Origin: a virus
Lineage: Duplodnaviria > Caudoviricetes
Reading direction: 5' to 3' (one strand)
Virus record (IMG/VR): IMGVR_UViG_3300022935_000018
Coordinates: 1-59,527 of that record
DNA length: 59,527 nt
Each line of letters opens with the position of its first letter. Positions within the stretch are counted from its first letter, which is position 1. Below the pieces are notes generated by a model that saw only the letters and a program-made list of their open reading frames with translations, was not told the origin of the DNA and did not search any database. A program made the translations under genes and the position numbers. Of the stretch, positions 57,904 to 59,527 are shown one piece after another.

Positions 57904-57909
57904 TAATTA
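57904..57909 (-). promoter_or_regulatory. Variant late promoter TAATTA, 5 nt before the Nudix ATG
   Basis: acTAATTAttagtATG on the minus strand; same flanks as 11674. Confidence 0.45.
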
Positions 57910-57910
57910 G

Positions 57911-59341
57911 TTAGAATTCTATGCGCCAAGTTCCGTTTCGATATTCGCCTTCAAAAGAAAGTACCCATTCACTGCCAGTCCATTTATACTGAACTCCGGT
58001 GTTTAGATTAGTAGTGTATTTGATTGTGGTTTCTGTACTTGCATCAAACAAGATAACCCATTTTGCGCCATCCCATTCAATAATGTCATTTTCACTTGCA
58101 ATAAAGTCTGTATTGTCATTGTTTTTCCAAGCAGTAGGACCACTAGCATTACTAGGATCACCAATACTATCTAACAATAATATTCTTATTCCTGCTTGTT
58201 TAACACTTGCTGGGTTCCATGTTTTAGGATCAATAATATAATCAATTTTATTTCTATCACCTGTGCTACCTGTAATAACAGTGTCGCTTGGAATAGTATC
58301 TTGGTCCCAAGTAATTGCAAGTTTAGTAGGATCATTTGGATTAATAGCAACAGCGCCATTAATACTACTTGATAAATCTGATCTAGTTAATTGTAGTTGA
58401 CTTAACCCTGGTCTAAATTGTCCAGGCATCGAGTCAATAAATTGTGACCATAGTGTGGAACCTACAACACCTCTGTAAATTAACTGTGCCTCATTTCCTA
58501 ATACTAATAGTTCGTAATCTTGGTAAGCACTAATAGCAATACTTGAAGCATCTTTCTTAGTAGATTCGGTTCTATTATCAGAAAGTGTATCTGCTTGTGT
58601 GACCTGCTCATCATAACTATCAGCGTAGCGTTTGTATTCAGGTGTTGCCTCGCCTAGATCAATAGTACCGTCTTCTTCGTTAAAAATACTCATAATAACA
58701 CTTGTAATGACACCTAACTTTTTAACCTTAGCAGGAGGAGAAATCCAAATGGGTGTTTTAAATGTTAGTGTGCCTACGTCAATTTCACTTTCTGTACCCA
58801 TCGGAATACTTCTGCCACTCCAATTAACACTTTCTAAATCTACAACACTTAAACTAGTCCAGTCAACATAGTTGTCTGTAGTTTGTATTTCCAAACTTGG
58901 ATTAAACAGCATTAAAATTTGTTCCATAATTTGTAATTTTTGATCTGTATTAGTTGACCAAATATCACAATTAACTGTTAATATGTAAGGTGTTGGCATT
59001 AGTCTTTCAACAGTAACATTTTTACCTTGTGTGTTTAAATATTCTTGATTATTAGAGTCATATTCTCTTTCTCTAATATGAACTTTACTAACGTGTGTAG
59101 CATCTGCTAAACGATCTCTGTCTAATTCTAAACCAGTCATATAGATTGCCATACGTGGCGCACTTGGAACTTTGTTCTCAGAATTATCTCTAAGAATATG
59201 ACCAACTTGACGGGTGATATCTCCATACATTACAGGAACTTGTTTTAAATCACCGTCGCCGTCTTTATAAGAAAAATTACTCATCATTCTAATTAACTGA
59301 GTAATATATCTTCTTATCTGACCGTCATAAAAGTGTTGCAT
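57911..59341 (-). CDS. gp15: Tail sheath stabiliser / tail terminator with C-terminal extension
   Basis: FYD.QIRRY, VPV.YG, PRM, MP.PY.L, DQKLQI.EQIL..FNP motifs. Confidence 0.85.
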   Translation of the reverse strand: MQHFYDGQIRRYITQLIRMMSNFSYKDGDGDLKQVPVMYGDITRQVGHILRDNSENKVPSAPRMAIYMTGLELDRDRLADATHVSKVHIREREYDSNNQEYLNTQGKNVTVERLMPTPYILTVNCDIWSTNTDQKLQIMEQILMLFNPSLEIQTTDNYVDWTSLSVVDLESVNWSGRSIPMGTESEIDVGTLTFKTPIWISPPAKVKKLGVITSVIMSIFNEEDGTIDLGEATPEYKRYADSYDEQVTQADTLSDNRTESTKKDASSIAISAYQDYELLVLGNEAQLIYRGVVGSTLWSQFIDSMPGQFRPGLSQLQLTRSDLSSSINGAVAINPNDPTKLAITWDQDTIPSDTVITGSTGDRNKIDYIIDPKTWNPASVKQAGIRILLLDSIGDPSNASGPTAWKNNDNTDFIASENDIIEWDGAKWVILFDASTETTIKYTTNLNTGVQYKWTGSEWVLSFEGEYRNGTWRIEF

Positions 59342-59527
59342 TAGTTATCCGCCTTTGGTCTAAGTACTTTAGACAAACTCTGTCTTTCTTCAACAGTTTC
59401 GCCACCAATAGTGGTTGATTTTGTATTGTTAACAAAATCTGTTTTATAAGTTTTGCGATCGTTTGTTTGAGTCATTGTCATTCTTACGTTATCTTCTTGT
59501 TTAACCCAACGCTGTCCGTCATATCTA
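59341..59527 (-). CDS. 3' end of a truncated gene, probably gp14-like neck protein
   Basis: Open frame ...RYDGQRWVKQEDNVR...ERQSLSKVLRPKADN*; TAATG overlap with the gp15 start; identity from synteny only. Confidence 0.55.
   Translation of the reverse strand, partial: RYDGQRWVKQEDNVRMTMTQTNDRKTYKTDFVNNTKSTTIGGETVEERQSLSKVLRPKADN

Noticed and set aside
1-59527. tRNA/tmRNA genes, stop-codon reassignment, or assignment as a cyanophage
   Set aside because: No tRNA cloverleaf with a T-loop consensus seen; genes are full length in the standard code; no photosynthesis genes, and the phycobiliprotein-like domains alone do not identify the host

Overview
AT-rich late (virion) region of a large T4-like myovirus, probably marine; the host cannot be determined from this window. 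It contains a gp26/gp51-like pair divergent from a tape-measure gene, the head module (gp20 portal, acidic core protein, gp21, gp22, gp23), a SpeD-like decarboxylase, a self-contained ~200-nt structured RNA (manA-motif-like) and ~40 kb of paralogous baseplate/fibre genes. Inside the tail module are three Cys/Gly-rich adhesin-like genes with chaperones and an enzyme cluster (nitrilase family, GT9-like, two SGNH-like, carbamoyltransferase). A convergent operon carries gp14-like, gp15, Nudix, hldE, hldD, a hypothetical gene and a cupin. Most notable: (1) four phycobiliprotein-like helical domains in two giant virion proteins, three retaining the C-x-R-D bilin-attachment motif; (2) intact amicyanin-type copper motifs in two virion proteins; (3) an ADP-heptose plus GT9/carbamoyl set that may decorate the virion; (4) a likely -1 frameshift fusing gp26 to an ORF missed by the ORF track; (5) TAAATA late promoters at fixed spacing, several implying leaderless mRNAs or lying inside start-sequestering hairpins. 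All homology calls come from reading motifs by eye; no searches were run.
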